Source of the DNA: Euglena gracilis
Taxonomy: Eukaryota
Reading direction: 5' to 3'
NCBI GenBank assembly: GCA_039621445.1
Contig: CP154954.1
Coordinates: forward strand, 32,775,455-32,839,454
Length of the DNA: 64,000 nucleotides
How positions within the stretch are numbered: the first letter of the stretch is position 1; every line of letters begins with the position of its first letter. A program made the translations under genes and the position numbers. Positions 1 through 11,700 of this stretch are shown piece after piece. The notes below the pieces were generated by a model. That model made no database searches. It had not been told where the DNA came from and worked only from the letters and a program-made list of their open reading frames with translations.

Positions 1-138
1 AATAATTTTCAAATTGCCTGTGCCCCCCCCCAATATTGAGCCGTCTTGGAGCATTCCCAAAGAATTTCCAGCGCCCGGAGCTCACCCAGGTCTTTTTGCT
101 TCATTTCTGGACTGCCCTGTTTGCCCGCCCCCTCGCAG

Positions 139-2405
139 GACCGCTTTGCCCGCCGCCGGGGGAGCCTGCCCCACCTGCGCAGCGAGGACGAGGGGCTGGA
201 GCTGTTCGGCGCCGGCAGCCCCGCCCTGCACAGCCTGGTCTACGCCGCACCGCGGCCCTACCCCATCTCGCCCCCGTTCCACTGCCAGCGTTTCCCCGGT
301 CCAAAACGATCCGCTGCACTGGCAGGGGGGAGGAAATGCGTTTCGCATTTTTTTTTTTTTTTTTTTTTTTTTTTGGGAAAAAATTGTTTTTTTTTCGCAT
401 TTTTTCGATTTTTTCGCGCATTTTTTTGCATCTTAAGAATTTCTGGCTTTTTTTATATGTTGCAGTTTCATTTTGGCTTTTTTGATTTTGATTGTATATT
501 ATCAAATTGCTCTTTGACCAATGTTGTATTGACGCTGAGTTATGTTGTTTGATTTGTGCTCTGTTCTGCCCCTTTTTGAAAGAATTTTTTGGCGCATTTT
601 TTCCATTTTCCCACTTTTTTTTACACTTTTGGAGGCATTTTGTCCATATTCAAAAAAAAAGCTTTGGGTGATGAGGTGTGGGTATTCATCCAATGATGAT
701 GAGGACACTAGGGTTTTCAGAGATCGAATCCTACTCCCCTGGTCACAAGTAAGAGGCACCATGGCTGACATTGTTGGTTATGGTGAATAGAGAGTGACGC
801 CTTGCTCATGCATTTTTTTTGGCCAAAAATGCCTTTTAAGTCTTTTTTCCATTAGGAATGTACAAACTCAGCGCATTTTTTGCGCATTTTTTCCGAGGGC
901 CGCCCAGCGCATTCCCCCCCCCCCTGCACTGGTTCAGAAGAAAGGAAGGTGATAAATGAAAAGAAAGCCGGGCAATCGTGTGGAACGGATATACCTGAAA
1001 TGGGTGTGGTGTTCATGGTGCCCATTTTTGTGCGGTGGTTGCTGCGTGTGGTGGCACCACACCGTGGTGGAGTGGTCTTCGTCATGCTTGCGATTGCTGT
1101 CCGGAGACAGTTGGCAGGGTATGAACCATTGGGATGGGCCCCCGGCAGTGTTTCCAGCTCACATCTTGTCTTCGACCCTGGACGCCAAGGGTGTGCTGCC
1201 TGCTTCGCTTTCTTGTCTCATTCTGGGTTGAAGCTGAAAAATGGGGGGGGGATCCATAAATGTCCTATTTTGGGCAAAATTAAGAGTTTGAAGTGAGAAA
1301 TCCCAGATTGCCTTCTTGGCTTGCAAATCCCAAAATGATCCACACACCATTTGGGGTTTATAAATGGCAGGGTTGTGGCGTGGAACAAACAATGTGTGCA
1401 TTCTTGGGGGTGAAGTGGAAATTAAACAACACGCAAAAAAACAATATTTTTTGTTCTGTTTTGTCATTGCTTTGTTCTTTGGACGCTTTCGCCCATCCAT
1501 CCAGGTGATTGGTTTGTCAAACAGTGTTGTGGTTTGTCCATCGTGGAAAGAGTTTTTGAACATCCGATTTGAATCAGCCAATTCCCTTCTCGCAGGGCAC
1601 ATTGGTGAAGGGAGCCCGTCGCAAGCAAGCTGAGTCACCGGGGCAGGCGTTCTTTTGATGACAAAGGGCGGATAGAGGTGTAGCAAAGCTCGGCGCCCAC
1701 TGGCAAATTCACCCCCGCCCCAACTGACACGGGTGGGGGTGCCTTTTTTTTCCAAGGGAGATGGTCAGAATGGGTGAATTTTTTAGTGGGCTGTCCCCCC
1801 CCCCCCCCCGGCCTCATCCCTCCACCCTCGTCGCCCCCCTCTTCCCCGTGTTAACGATAGTTCATTTTTCCATGTTTCATTGCTCTTGAATGTTTTTGAA
1901 GTGTCTATTTTTGGCTATGCCCACAGGCCATTTTCATGTTTTTTTCTGCAAAGAATTTTTCCCTTTTTTGACCCACAAGTGACCCAATATTATTTCCAGC
2001 AAATCCGAACATGCAAAGAGGAACAGGAAAAAAATTTCCAGTTTTGCCCTCCGACACCCCCCCCCCCCATTAAGGTTGAACCCCCCCCAAAAATATGACC
2101 CCCCCTGGCCGGTCCAAGCAAAAAGCCATGAAATGGAACCCACCCCCCCCCCGGCCTCATCCCTCCACCCAACCTTGTCGCCCACCCCTCTTCCCCTGTT
2201 TAACGATAATTTGGGACAGACCCCCCCTGCTCGGCCCGCCAAACGCCGGATTTTTGAAAAAATGCGGACCTTTTTGGGGGGATAAAAAATCTGCCCATTT
2301 TGGGGACAGTTTTCACACAATTCAGCATAGTTCAATTAGTAAAGCAGTCCTCAGATATTCAGTCTGGCGCGAGCGCCCGAATTATCTTCCATAGTAACAA
2401 TTGGT

Positions 2406-2444
<39 letters not shown>

Positions 2445-4784
2445 ATATCTCCTATGGTGGCCACCAGACATTCATTTAGTGTGGTACACCAAGGTGTGGT
2501 TCACTGTGGACACCAAAAATTTTTTTGTGGTTCACCTGTGGACACCAAAAAAAAATTTGTGGTTCGCACGTCTTTTGTAAACCACACTAAATGAACGTCT
2601 GGTGGCCACTGCCTCAGCTTGCCATCAACCCCCATCCATCCCTGCAACAGACCCACCCATCTCTCCGGGGGCAGTGCTGGAGATGCCCATCGCCAGCCAT
2701 TTGGCCACCACCCCTGCCATCCATGGGCACTTGCGCTCCATGGCAGAGAGCTTCTCTACCGCAAACCACAGGCTCCTGCCGAATTATGGTGCGGTTCTTT
2801 ACGTGTTTTTTCCATGTTTTTCCATCATCAGGCAGCCGAGAGTGTTTACGTGCCTGATGCAGTGAGGTTCTAAGAATCGCAGGAATGCAATGCACATGCC
2901 TTGCCAAAAAATCACATAGACCTCGTTCTGGATGTATTGTTTTGTTCAAAAAATTGCCAGAAGCTGTCCCCAGTTTTCCAACTCCCGTCTTATGTATTTT
3001 TCTGAGCAAAATAAGTCGCATGCCACACAGCATTGGTGCGGTGCTTGGGTCTCGTTTCAGGGGAGGCTCCCTCTGCAAATTTTTTTCCACACATCCCTTA
3101 TTTGCGCACTGACCATATGCAAGTGAATGCAGGCCACCATACCAAAAACACATGCCATCCATGCGTGGATGTTGATAGCAAAAAATTTCCAAAACATCAG
3201 AATTTACGTAGATGTATTTTTCTGAGCGAAATCCACACATGCCTAAAAAGATGTGTTTGTTTTGTCGTTTTATGTTTATTTTTCTGTATTGTCGCATCCC
3301 TTGGTGCGGTTGTTTTCTCGTTTCAGGGGAGGCTCCCTCTGTTTTTCTTCACCCCAACAATCACACCAACAACATTATTTCCTGACAGGGCCACGGGACC
3401 ATATGAGGCGGGAAGTTTTTTTTTGCTGAGGATTTTTTTGCAGGCCTAATTGACGTTTGGGCTGGTTTGGCAATGATCCAACGATGCCAAATGAGGTCTC
3501 CCCTGTGTGGATTGTTTTCCCTGAGGATTTCAAATTCTCCCCCGTTTCTTATGGATGTTTTTGGTTGATTATGTTGGGACCAGTCAATTTTTTAAGCACT
3601 GGCCGACCCCCCCCCCCCCCGGGGGGTGACTGGTTTTTTCAGAGTGACTGACTGGTTTTTGGCCCTCCCCCCCTCCCCCCTGGAGGGTGGTCGGCCAAAA
3701 ATGGGTTGACCCCGGCGCCGGAAAAAATTTTTTGGCCTAAAGTGACTGGAAAGTGGCCGACCCCCCCCCCCCGGGGGGGGGGTAGTGACTGGCTGGTTTT
3801 CCCAAAATGAGTGACTGATTGGATTTTAAAAAAAAAAGTGGAGTGACCCCCCTCCCCCCCCCCCCCCGGGGGGGTCGGTAAAAAAAAATTGTATGGTTGG
3901 GACCAGGGCGGTCCATGAGGGACAGGATATTTTTTTTCCTTCGTCAACCCGGTTTTGCAAAAATATGACCATTTTTGGCCATATTTTTTCCTGTGAATTT
4001 TGCATTGAATGTGCTGGGACAGGAAGTTTCACAAAGAAAACAGAAGGTTGTGCTGTCCACGCCAGGGCGGTGCTTGAGAGTGCAAAGGGGAAAGGGACCG
4101 TGGTCCGACGTTGATGATTGGCGAGAGGCAAAGGGCCAGGAGGGTGCCAAGGGTCGGCCGCACGGTGACTGAATCCCCTCCCCGCCGTGGCAACCACGCC
4201 AGAATGGCAGCAGGGGTCGCATTCAACCAAAGCAGCCGTAAGCGCATCTGTGGTTCCATTGAGGTTGGGTTCAAACCCTCATTACGGGGTACGGGGTTCA
4301 GGTGGGGGTGCCCCCCCTCCTCCTGGACCAGAGGAGGGTCCAGACCACCTCCCCCCACCTGCCAAGGGGGTCTGGGTACCTGGGACCCCAAAAAATCAAC
4401 ATTTTCCTTCCGTGCTTTGCGGCGAAATTTTTTTGTTTTTCTCACAGGTTTTTGTTGACAAATGCCCAAAATGGCAATTTCGGCCATTTTCAGGGGCCAA
4501 AATTTTTTCGGCCCAGCTCTGTTCTTTGCACTCTTTGCCCTCATTTACATCGAATGCCTTGGGTGTTTGGGTTGGGGCAGGGTTTTGGGGGGGGGGGCAG
4601 AGGGGGTGGTTTTTTGACAGAAGCAGGTGGGTGACCCCCTGGGGGTCACCAAGTTGACCCGGCTTTGCTTTTTTTGTGAGGAAGAGCTGGTCACCTTCTT
4701 GAGCCCAACGCGTTGTATTCCCTTGTTGATGAGTATGCAGACGGGGCAATGTGCAGTGAGGATGAAGATGGCGTGGACGATTAG
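139..4784 (+). CDS. MSTO1: Misato/Dml1 (tubulin-like) homolog, 3' exons; spliced: 139-~280, ~1154-1190, 2651-2788, ~4102-4133, 4707-4784
   Basis: Exon translations ...PRPYPISPPF / (P)AHILSSTLDAK / DPPISPGAVLEMPIASHLATTPAIHGHLRSMAESF...NYG / SDVDDWREAK / NALYSLVDEYADGAMCSEDEDGVDD* follow the order and pattern of the Misato C-terminus (PPYPHLFSS...VESIPV..L.SS..L...GVEHDD..E..L.SL...Y plus acidic tail). AG acceptors at 137-138 and 2649-2650; GT donors at 1191 and 2789. The junctions near 280/1154 and 4102 are approximate and non-canonical. Confidence 0.7.
323..926. mobile_element. MITE-like element, CAGGGGG...CCCCCTG termini, with subterminal (tttcgcat)n-like repeats
   Basis: Terminal inverted repeats caggggggaggaaatgcg / cgcattcccccccccctg, flanked by the direct repeat CACTGG (317-322, 927-932). 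Confidence 0.6.
2465..2601. mobile_element. 137-bp MITE with 8-bp TSD
   Basis: TIR cagacattcatttagtgtggt / accacactaaatgaacgtctg; TSD GTGGCCAC at 2457-2464 and 2602-2609. Confidence 0.85.
3581..3895. mobile_element. MITE with 8-bp TSD
   Basis: Imperfect TIR cagtcaattttt / aaaaattgtatg; TSD GTTGGGAC at 3573-3580 and 3896-3903; internal gtgactg motifs shared with 62821-63143. Confidence 0.75.
4134..4706 (+). other. Non-GT-AG (euglenid non-conventional type) intron in the Misato gene
   Basis: Joining 4133 to 4707 gives ...EAK|NALYSL... in frame. The intron starts ggcCAGgagggtg and ends caccttcTTGagccc, so CAG at +4..+6 pairs with TTG at -8..-6 in a 10-bp stem (with G-U pairs). Confidence 0.65.
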
Positions 4785-5089
4785 TGCGCAGAAAGTTTTC
4801 CCTCAACGGTTGACTTGTTCAGTATGATTTCTCCAGGCTTTTGCTTTCTTTTGGGATTTTCTTTCAAGGAACCCACAACTGGAGCGAAATTTGAAAGTCG
4901 AGTTTTGGGTGGATGGGGGGAAGGCAGACGCACGTCCACGCAGAAGGGGCAGTCGTGCACGGGGGGGTCCGCCAGGGTCGGACCCACCGCTGCCCAACAC
5001 CTGTCCTGCCCACCCCGAGGGGGTGACTGGCTGATTTTTTGGCACTCCAAGGAAGGACGACGAGGGCGACGCAAAAAAGAGGGGCTAGG

Positions 5090-5588
5090 CAGGGGGGGGG
5101 GAATTATGCGGTCCGCATTATTCCGCATTTTTTTTGTAAATTTTCTGCATTTTCGCATTTGACCACATTTTTTCCGCATTTTTCCGCATAATTTCCGCAT
5201 TTTCCGCATTTTTCCGCATAATTACTGCATTTTTTCGCATAATTTCCACATTTTTTGTGAATTTTTTACGTTTCAGGTCAATTACAAGGGTCATTGTTTC
5301 CCCAATATGTTGGAGCACAAGTGCTCGTCTTTTCATCTCTCTGTTTTATGCATAATTTGTGCTTTGTTTTTGCATTTTTGTGACTTCTGGAAAGCTTGGG
5401 CATCGGTGATGGGAATCAAATAGCATCGGGACCCTGCATATTGTGAGGTAGAAAATGTATCTATCCTCTCCATGTGACCTGGGACTCCACAGAATTTCGG
5501 CATATTTTCCGCATTTTTCCGCATAATTTGCGCATAATTTCCGCATTTTTCCCCCGCCTGCCAGACCGCATAATTTCCCCCCCCCCTG
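5090..5588. mobile_element. MITE-like element of the CAGGGGG...CCCCCTG family with (ttccgcat)n arrays
   Basis: TIR cagggggggggggaattatgcggtc / gaccgcataatttcccccccccctg; TSD not clear. Confidence 0.6.
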
Positions 5589-6189
5589 GGCTTGCTTCTT
5601 TTGCCGGCGTGTTGATTGTTTTTTGACGGGGTCTCGGACTCCCACGACACGGGAGGGGGGGGCCAAGAGGGCGAGGCACAAGAAGATGGTGAGTGGTCTT
5701 TCTTGCTGCGCCGGAACTGGCGGAGGGGTCCCCTGTCCGGACACCTCGGGCTCCGCACTTTACCATTGTGAGGCCATGCCCTGCTCTCGCACTCCTCCGG
5801 GGCAAACCGGCAGGGGAGGAAGGGACACCGGGGGCGAGGCGCAAAGGCCTTGTGAGGCCATGCATTGCTCGCCGGCGGTGTTGTTTGGGTGCGTTGGGTT
5901 GGGAGGTCCCGCTTAGTGCCGCCTCGCCGGAGTTGGCTGACGATGCTGCTCCGACTTGGCGACATGGCTTCTTGCCCCTGGGGGGGAGGGGGGGGAGACG
6001 GAGGTCCCCCCCCCCCTGGCCCCCACTTCTGACCGAGGTCTTTTGAAGACAAATTTTCTTTTACGGGTGGGGGGGTCGGGCTCACAAGGTCTTTGTGCTT
6101 CGCCCTCGGTGTCCCTTCCTCCCTTGTCGGTTTTCCTCGAGGGAGTACGAGACGCCTCGGGCTCCGCACTTTGCCCTTGTGAAGCTAGA

Positions 6190-7115
6190 TTGTGCACTGA
6201 AATCAGGGGGGCCAGGGCATTTTCTAAGGCACCTTGGGCACCAAGTCGTTGATAATGGGCTGTAAAATCCTCCAACCCCCTCCACCGGCCAGTTTCACAC
6301 ACTTCTTGGGCTGAAGCCCAATTTTTTTAGTAAACCAACCCCTGCTCCTCTGGTGGAGTGGGCCCCCCACACCAGGGGGGGTACCCCTTGCTGGGCCAAA
6401 AAGTCTTTTGTGAGAGAAGCAATGGTGTCTGCACTTATGGCCCTGAAGGGGGGTTTTAATGAAATTTGGCCCCCTGGTATGACGAATAAACGTGTAGCAG
6501 CTGCATAGCACATCATTAAAAGAAATGGGCTTATTTGGGGACACTGGGGTATGGACACCACCCTTTCCCACCTATGGAATTTCTGTCCTTTACGCTTAAT
6601 CTTGATTTAGGGTGCCCTACCAACACACTGGTGGTTCGTTTTACTTTTGCCAAGTCTGAGGATCGGTATAAACAGAGGATTTGTGAGCAAAAAATCAGTT
6701 ATGTACGCAATGTACAAATATCAGTGGGCATGGGCGCCTTTGCCAGCCTCAGTAGGATTGGGGGTGGATCCCAAAATGCACCATACTTCTCCAGGTTTTG
6801 GTTCCAAAGCCTCTTGTAGGTGGTTAACAGGGTGTGGAATCTCAGCCCACCAAACCCAGGAATCAAAAGCATAGCACAATATGCATTACGGGCTTTGGCC
6901 TGGGAAAATTGGAATAATTGAATTGAAGCGTCAGCCACTTGGTCTGTGGTGGCTTCGGGGGGGGCACCCCCATGTGTTCCAAAATGACCCACAGAAGTGC
7001 AAAAGCACTCTGATAACGTTTTAGGCTGGGGTTTCTCCCCAGGAAATCGTCAATGGCCTGAACCTGAATTTGTTTCCCCTCCAAAATTTGCCTGAGCAAA
7101 TCATGCAAAACAGGG
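6190..7115 (-). pseudogene. Tyrosine recombinase of DIRS copy A (frameshifted)
   Basis: Fragments YQSAFALLW..., ILCLYRSSDL, HSTRGAGVGLLKKLG, FTAHYQRLG contain the R...HxxR...Y catalytic motifs. Confidence 0.8.
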
Positions 7116-7993
7116 ACCCCATTTCCCAGGAAATCAAAGCCAAATTGAAGGAAATAAAAATTGTGCTGGACTCCTGGGTGGGCAGACCTTTCCCCCAAAA
7201 TGCAACCAGAGAGTTGCACTCAGACAGCAGCACCCATGCCTCGGGGGGGCTGACACATCCACACAGGAGAAACTGTGCAGGAATTTTGGAGAAAAGACTC
7301 TTTTTTGCACATAAATGTAAAGGAGGTCAGTGCAGCAATCAGCACTGTGAAAAGTTTTAGCAAACCTGGGGAAACAACCTGGGGAAAAGTTTCTTTGTCA
7401 GCGGACAACCAGGTAATTTGCCATTACCTGACAAAAAGAGGGGGCAGAAAGGACCCATTCAACCAAATGCTGAGACCATTTTTCAAAAAGTGCATGGAAA
7501 AACAAGTAAACCTTCAAGTAAATTGGGTACCTTCAAAGGAATGCCTGGCAGACCCCATAAGCAGATGGGAATTGGACAGGGGGGATTATTCTTTAGACCA
7601 CCAAATTTTTCACTGGCTAAGACAGCATTTCCAAAACTTCATTCAGCTGGAAAAGGATTTATTTGCATCCCCGGGCAACAAAAAACTGCCCAATTTTGTG
7701 GCCAGGAGGCCCAACTGGGCGGCCACAGCAGTAAATGCATTACAATGTCCACTGGACAACATGGGGGATCTTTATGCAAACCCCCCCTGGTCAATAATTC
7801 AACAAATCCTACCCAGGTTGAAAATGTTTCCCCAGACCAAAGTTTTGATGGTCACCCCCTACTAGGATTCAGCCACGTGGTGGCCCCAATTAATAAAAAT
7901 GAAAGTTCCAGGGACCGCCTGCCTGAAAATCACCTCCTACAGGGGCATGTTCACCAATTGCAGGGGGGAAAAAATGCCACCCCCCCAGGTGGC
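7116..7993 (+). pseudogene. RNase H + Dam-like N6-adenine MTase domains of DIRS copy A (inverted segment)
   Basis: LHSDSS, HINVKE, DNQV, WVPSKECLADPISR (RNase H); DLFASPGN...YANPPW...LMVTPY*..WW (DIRS MT domain). Confidence 0.85.
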
Positions 7994-8700
7994 GTTTTGA
8001 GTCCCAGGGGGCTGTGGACTTTGCCACCAAAAAATTTGCCAGGGCATCTGTAAAAGCTCTTAAAAAGGGCAGGGCCAATTTTTGACCCAAAATGGCAGCC
8101 AGCTGCCTTTTTGACATGCAATCTTTTTTCACAACTTTTCCCAGCTCCTTTTTTATGGTTTTGACTTTCTGGGGGGGCACCTGTAACTTTCCTTCCTGGA
8201 AGTTTAGTTGAAAACGCAGATGGGTTACCACTTGGGTTGGCTGGAGGGTAGACGTTCTCACATTGATTTTGAACTGAACTCAGTAAATCTTTGACGACTG
8301 TGTTCAGGTGATTTTGTAAAATGTTTTGGGTGGGGGCCACCAGCAAAATGTCGACCAGGAAAACAAACACCTGGATGCCCCTTTTTCTCCAAAGTTTTTC
8401 GAAAGTTTCCATGACTGACATGAAAACTTGGGGCATTACATTTAGCCCAAAGCAGCCTGTTTGAAATTCCCAGGTCTGCCCCCCTACCTGATGCCTTAAA
8501 AATGGCCTTAGGCCTGGACTTACTGGAATATGAAAATAGGCATCCTTTATGTCTGCTTTTGTTGCCCAGTGGCCTTTTTCCAAGAATGGAAAAATGTCTT
8601 GGATGTGATCCAACACATCAAATGCTGGGTTTCTGAATCCCAACAGCAGAATTTTTTCTGCCTGGTTCAGGTCCAAGTTGGCTCCGGGTTTTGGGTGGGT
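7994..8700 (-). pseudogene. Reverse transcriptase of DIRS copy A
   Basis: WATKADIKDAYFHIPV, EFQTGCFGLNVMPQVF, VFLVDILLVA (YLDD degraded), THLRFQLN. Confidence 0.85.
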
Positions 8701-11700
8701 GGACAATTTTGGGGGATTTACCCAGGGGGGTTGAATTCCATTTTTGATCAACTGACATGTTGCTGGGGGGGGGGGGCATGTTTTGACCACCATTTGAGAC
8801 TTTTTTGAAGTCTCTGGTACAGGGGGGTGTTCCCCCATTTTTCCTCCATGGAATGTATTTTGCCAACTGCATGATTTTCTGGTGGCTGGGTGGGGGGTGT
8901 TGGACATTTCACAGCCCCTAGAGCCCCTAGGGCTTGAGGGATGTGCACGCACTCTCTCCCTCTCTTCTCACACTCTCTCTGGAGCATCTTGTAGTTGGAA
9001 CACATACCATAGGGCTTACTGCCCCTTATTTGCCTACTGGCCTTCTTGATGTTGATGGTTTTGGTAGCCATACCATAGGGGGGCCACTGTGGGTCCCCCC
9101 TTGTTGATTGAGCAGGAATAAATGCTGGTCGGGAGTCTTCCCCTTCCTGTTCCTCCTGGTTGGCCCTTGGGGGGCCATCTTCCTCCTGGGGCTGGGCAGG
9201 AGGCTGCCCATTTAAATACAAAGCCCTTTCAGGGCTGGCGCTTAGCTTCGGGGCGCCTGGTGATGGTCCCTTCTTGTGATCTTATTGGAATTGATCTTCT
9301 TATTGATATTTCTGGCCCCAGTGGCCTTGATGATAACTTGAAAGGCCCCAATGGCCTGATTGGTTTCTGGGTCGCCATGCAGGGGTTCTTGGGTCCCCAC
9401 CCTTGACCCCTGAGGGGTGGTGTGAATGAGAAAGGGTGCGGATGGTGTGTTTGACCTTTTCTGCCCCTGCCATGTCCTGTGGGCCCTTGGAGCTGGTGGC
9501 TACCTTGGCCTTTGTTCCAGCTATTTCTGCAAATGCAGGTGCCGTCATGGCTGGTTGTGCCGTCATTGCCTTTGTTGCCTTCATGGCCTGTGCGGTTTTG
9601 GCTGCCATAGCCCCGCTTGAACTCAATGTGTTGTTTTGCAATGTGGAATGCATCTTGTGATCTGGACTGTGAGCCCCCATGGCCCTGGTTGCAATGGCTG
9701 TAGTGGCCTGCTGGCGGTTGCCTCAGCCCCTTGCGGGGTCTTCTGACCACTGCTGCCAGGCTCCGTGACCATCACTTTGGGGGGTCTGAGTGTTGAAAAT
9801 TTCTTTTGGGGTACTTTTTTTTGGGCAATGGGCAGCCACGTTTTGCAACGGTCGGTCCGCGTCGTCAGGTTGTCCAGCTGCTTCGGCTGCTCCAGTTGAA
9901 GGTCTCCAGAGCTGTGCTTCTTTGAAATTGCATCTTTCATTTAAATCCTTTCAAAAAAAATCAACAATTTTTGCTACTTGATTCTACACGAGCACGTCTT
10001 TCCGTATAGTAGAATTAAATTGTTTGACTTCTTCTTCTTTCAATTGATTTGGCAATCGAAGTTCCTTTGTTCTGGGTGTCGAATGGCAAATTAGGAATCA
10101 GCCAACTCCGGCGAAAAATCATAACCCAACACACCCAAACAGTCCAAACAACACCGCCGGCAAGCAAGGCATGGCCTCACAAGGGCAAAGTGCGGAGCCC
10201 GAGGTGTCGCCGGCGGTTTGTTGTGCTTGCTTTGGTGCACTGGGTTAGGAGGTCCCGCTTAGTGCCTTTTTTCGCCGGAGTTGGCTGATTCCTAATTTGC
10301 CCTTCGACACCCAGAAGAAAGGAACAGAGTCTAGAACGAAGACGAACCAAGAGAAGAAGTCAATATCAAACGAATATCTGGAAGGACACGAAGCCTACGG
10401 AACATCGATGTACAATTTACATTTTACAATTTGGCTTCAATGAACAACGCTGTGGAGAAGAAATTGGAATTATCCAATCGACGTGAACTACCCGGAGCAG
10501 CAGGCACCGCAGCAGCTGGAGAACCTGAAGGTGTGGACGAAACGTGGCGAACCGTGGCCGCCCCTTCCCCCCAGATACATTCATCAAAAAATTCCCAGCA
10601 AAAAAACCCACCCAGTGACGGCCACGGACAGTGGGTAACATTGGTCAGAAAGACCAGCAGGAGAAAGTTACCCCCAGCCCAATACGGGCAGAACAACCTG
10701 GGACAGAAGAACCCCAGAAGATGTCAAAGATATTTTGAAAGATGGAATCGAGGATCAAACCCATTCCACCAGAAGTTGGGCCCAGTCCCTCACAAGGGGC
10801 ATCAATGGAGGTCCCAATGTGGACATCCACCAAAGTCCCCTGCTGTTCAAAGCCCCAATACGGGCAGATGGAACGTGGGCCAAGGGGAACAACATCGGTC
10901 AGGCCTTGGAAGCCAATTCTGCTAGCACATGCCCACTGGACGCGGCAATAAAGGTGTGTTTAAAACCCCTAAATTGTCTCCCATTATCAAAGGGGGCCCA
11001 CAGAGGCCGCCCAAGACTTCCAATGCAGCTGGAGACTAACATCAAATCAAGCCAAAGGCAAAGAGAAGCCAGGCCATGGGGGCCAAGGCCATTACGGCCA
11101 ACAATTTCAAGCCCACTGGGGGCATCACTTCACAGGCCCTGGGGGCCAGAAGCTAATCAGCTGCAGCCCAATAGGGCATTATTACATTGCCCAGCCCCAG
11201 GAAGACCCCCAAAGGGACCCACAGAGGCCCTTTACTTGGACAAGGGTACAAGGTACCCTCCCACAGTGGACCTTGTGGAGGAGGACAAGGGACCCACAGT
11301 GGCCCCCCCCCCGTCAAATCTTTTTGTTTTGCCCATGGCAGGAGAAGATCAACCCAAGAGGGGGGTACCCACAGAGGCCCCTCTATGGTATGTCTTCCAA
11401 CAACAAGATCAGAGCGGAGGACCAGAGAGAGTGTGAGAGATGCATACACCCCCCCCCTGCAGATTTCCAACAACCTCCTATAAACCTAGGGGTTGCCATT
11501 ATCCCAAACACCCATCAGCAGGTCACATCATTCATCCCAAAATGTCCATGGGATGGAAAATGGTCATCAACCCAGCCCACAACCCCACAAAAACACTTGC
11601 TAGGAGAAAAAACTTCCATGGAGGAAAAGTGGGGAAACACCCCCCTGCACCAGAGACTTCAAAACAGCCTATAATGGTGGAACAAATTCCCCCCCCAAAA

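Larger units (their letters stand above)
5787..10208 (-). mobile_element. DIRS-type YR retrotransposon copy A (decayed), full length, with an internal inversion
   Basis: Left ITR ends at 10208, ICR 6081-6182, right ITR/extension 5787-5940. RT on - strand (DIKDAYFHIP...CFGLNVMP...FLVDILL), YR on - strand (LYRSSDL; HSTRGAG; HYQRL). Confidence 0.9.

Noticed and set aside
5100-5570. Short periodic repeats that might suggest a CRISPR array
   Set aside because: Degenerate ~10-bp units with no unique spacers, in a eukaryotic context with no cas genes.
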